IMG/VR virus record: IMGVR_UViG_3300035703_000009
Span: 1 to 64,000 of that record
DNA: 64,000 bases
Reading direction: 5' to 3' (one strand)
Positions 62,265 to 64,000 of the stretch are shown piece after piece. The notes under the pieces were generated by a model. That model did not search any database. It had not been told where the DNA came from and was given only the letters and a program-made list of their open reading frames with translations. The translations under genes and the position numbers were made by a program. Every line of letters starts with the position of its first letter. The first letter of the stretch is position 1.

Positions 62265-64000
62265 TATTCTTGAGGTATGTTTAAAATTCTTTCTTTACGA
62301 GGAGCAGAGTCAGCACCGAACCACACATTTAAGGAGTCGCGGTGAGCAATGTCGTTTTTGATCTGCACGATCTTGGGATCCTTAATGATCTCAGCATACT
62401 CAAAATCTTCGAGTGCAGCTAATCCTTTCTTATATTCTATGTTCCAACCTTTTGATTGGCTTTTTTGTGACCATTGGTCAAACTCCTGATTAGTATAAAA
62501 ATTGAGCACGTCCTTGCCTTTTTTTGCGACTACTAGCGGAGTCATCACCTTGTAGACTCTGCCTTGGTCGAAGAGCTCTGGCCAAAATCGGTTAAAGAAG
62601 TTGATGAGTAGAGCAGCGATCGAGTTTCCGTCTGGATCGGCATCAGTGTAGATGTAGATGCGGCCATATCGTAAGCCTCGAGGCTCTTCTCCAAGCTTTA
62701 GTCCTAATGATGCCATTAGCTGAACTGCCTCGTCGTTCTTGATGATCTCTGAGCTCTTCATTTCGCTAACGTTAAGGAACTTACCTTTGAGAGGAAAGGC
62801 TCCCTGGGTTTGAGTATCGCGAAACTTGCGCACTGCGGAAAGGGCTGAAAGTCCTTCATAGATTCCCAAGATGCAGGGACCACGGTCTCCTTTCTTTTGA
62901 GCGTCGATTAACTTTGGAATCTTCGTCTTATCTAACGTGCTGTTGAGCTTACGTAGCTCTGCACGTTCTTGGGCAAGTGCTTTCTTTTCTACCCAGTCAA
63001 GCACCGATTGAATAATCTCCGACTTAAATATCGCTTTAGCTAGCTTGTCGCTAACCTCGTGCGAGGTCTCGAACTCCTTGGGCTCGGTGATCAGCTTTTC
63101 TTTGGTTTGTGAGCTAAATGCGGAGTTGACTATCGTGCAGTCTATAAAGACCATCATGTGTTGGCGAATGTCGCTGGGTTTTACGTCAACTTTGTGCTTC
63201 TTTTTGATCATCTCACGCAGCTGTGCGATGAGCTGATTGGTGATGTACTCGACGTGAGTACCTCCGTCTTTAGTGTGGACAGAGTTCACAAAGCTTACGG
63301 TAGCGAACCCCTTTTCAGACTTAGCAAAGCCTATGTTCCAGTCCTTTGACTCTTCGTAATGGAAGTCGGTCGTGTAGAGCTTGATGTACTCTTCAAAGCT
63401 CTTAAACTTGATCGTGTGTTCCCAACTCTGACCATTGTCAGTCTTTGCAAACTTTAAGGTCAGCTTAGGGTTGCAGGCAACCACGTCCAAGCAGCGCTTA
63501 AAGATCATGAAATAAGTAGTCTCATCGATTGAGCTCATCTTAAAGCGCTCAAGGTCAGGTTGATACACGATTTGGGTAAATCCGCGCTTGGCTGGAGTGA
63601 TCACTGCTTTGCTGCGTTTGTGCATGTTATCAGTGAACTCCTGCTCAAACTTATTTTTTCCATCACAAGTAGCGATGAAGAAACTCTTACTGAAGATGTT
63701 GGTGAGAGTCGCACCCACGCCATTGGTTCCAGCAACAGTTCTCTTTTCAGAGTCATCGAAGTTTGAACCGGCCTTGAGATTGGAAAAGATCATTTCTGGA
63801 ATCCACTCTTTGTGCACTCGGTGTTTCTCGACTGGAATTCCACCATTATCCATCACTGAGATGGCGTTGGTGGTCATGTTGATTGCTACCTGGATCTCAT
63901 TGAGCTTTGGATTGCGACGATGTTCGTCGACCGAGTTAGAGATGATCTCATCGAAAAGCTTAATAAAGCCTGGATTGTAGGTCACCTCTTGCGACCAAAT
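62264..64000 (-). CDS. gp39: type IIA DNA topoisomerase, ATPase/TOPRIM subunit (T4 gp39+60-like), 5'-truncated by the window
   Basis: EIISNSVDE, DNGGIP, GTNGVG, EGLSA, PLKGK, DADPDG and YKKGL; the frame is open to the window edge. Confidence 0.93.
   Translation of the reverse strand: MWSQEVTYNPGFIKLFDEIISNSVDEHRRNPKLNEIQVAINMTTNAISVMDNGGIPVEKHRVHKEWIPEMIFSNLKAGSNFDDSEKRTVAGTNGVGATLTNIFSKSFFIATCDGKNKFEQEFTDNMHKRSKAVITPAKRGFTQIVYQPDLERFKMSSIDETTYFMIFKRCLDVVACNPKLTLKFAKTDNGQSWEHTIKFKSFEEYIKLYTTDFHYEESKDWNIGFAKSEKGFATVSFVNSVHTKDGGTHVEYITNQLIAQLREMIKKKHKVDVKPSDIRQHMMVFIDCTIVNSAFSSQTKEKLITEPKEFETSHEVSDKLAKAIFKSEIIQSVLDWVEKKALAQERAELRKLNSTLDKTKIPKLIDAQKKGDRGPCILGIYEGLSALSAVRKFRDTQTQGAFPLKGKFLNVSEMKSSEIIKNDEAVQLMASLGLKLGEEPRGLRYGRIYIYTDADPDGNSIAALLINFFNRFWPELFDQGRVYKVMTPLVVAKKGKDVLNFYTNQEFDQWSQKSQSKGWNIEYKKGLAALEDFEYAEIIKDPKIVQIKNDIAHRDSLNVWFGADSAPRKERILNIPQE

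Noticed and set aside
1-64000. Stop-codon reassignment, as in some large phages
   Set aside because: Core genes are full length and densely packed in the standard code, and TAA, TAG and TGA all end genes.
1-64000. tRNA or rRNA genes
   Set aside because: No cloverleaf or T-loop signature seen in the few intergenic gaps; tRNAscan-SE was not run.
63985-64000. Start of the topoisomerase large subunit at 63985
   Set aside because: The frame stays open to the window edge and the conserved N-terminal segment is missing, so the true start lies outside the window.

Overview
This window is a segment of a large, T4-related (jumbo-type) myophage genome read in the standard genetic code. The host is probably a member of Bacteroidota, inferred from A-rich translation starts without Shine-Dalgarno sites. 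Core genes: portal, head-completion nuclease, neck and baseplate proteins, a fused prohead protease-scaffold, major capsid, primase, only the C-terminal half of a family B DNA polymerase, UvsW/UvsY, PhoH and a two-subunit type IIA topoisomerase. Accessory content: (i) an integron-like array of attC-type cassettes at the left edge (1-607); (ii) a 16-kb glycosylation island with a nonulosonic (sialic/KDN-type) acid pathway, GT29/GT11/GT25/GT2 transferases, methyltransferases, ugd and nadE; (iii) an RNA-repair-like module that includes an RNA ligase-nucleotidyltransferase fusion; (iv) about ten late genes with T4 capsid-targeting-like N-termini; (v) two candidate structured RNAs; (vi) a Cys-rich 15-aa-repeat fibre protein. 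Two promoter classes can be read from the sequence: late ATAAATA, mostly 15-20 nt before the start codon, and AAAC-N17/18-TAYAAT. All functional calls come from motif recognition by eye; no database searches were run.
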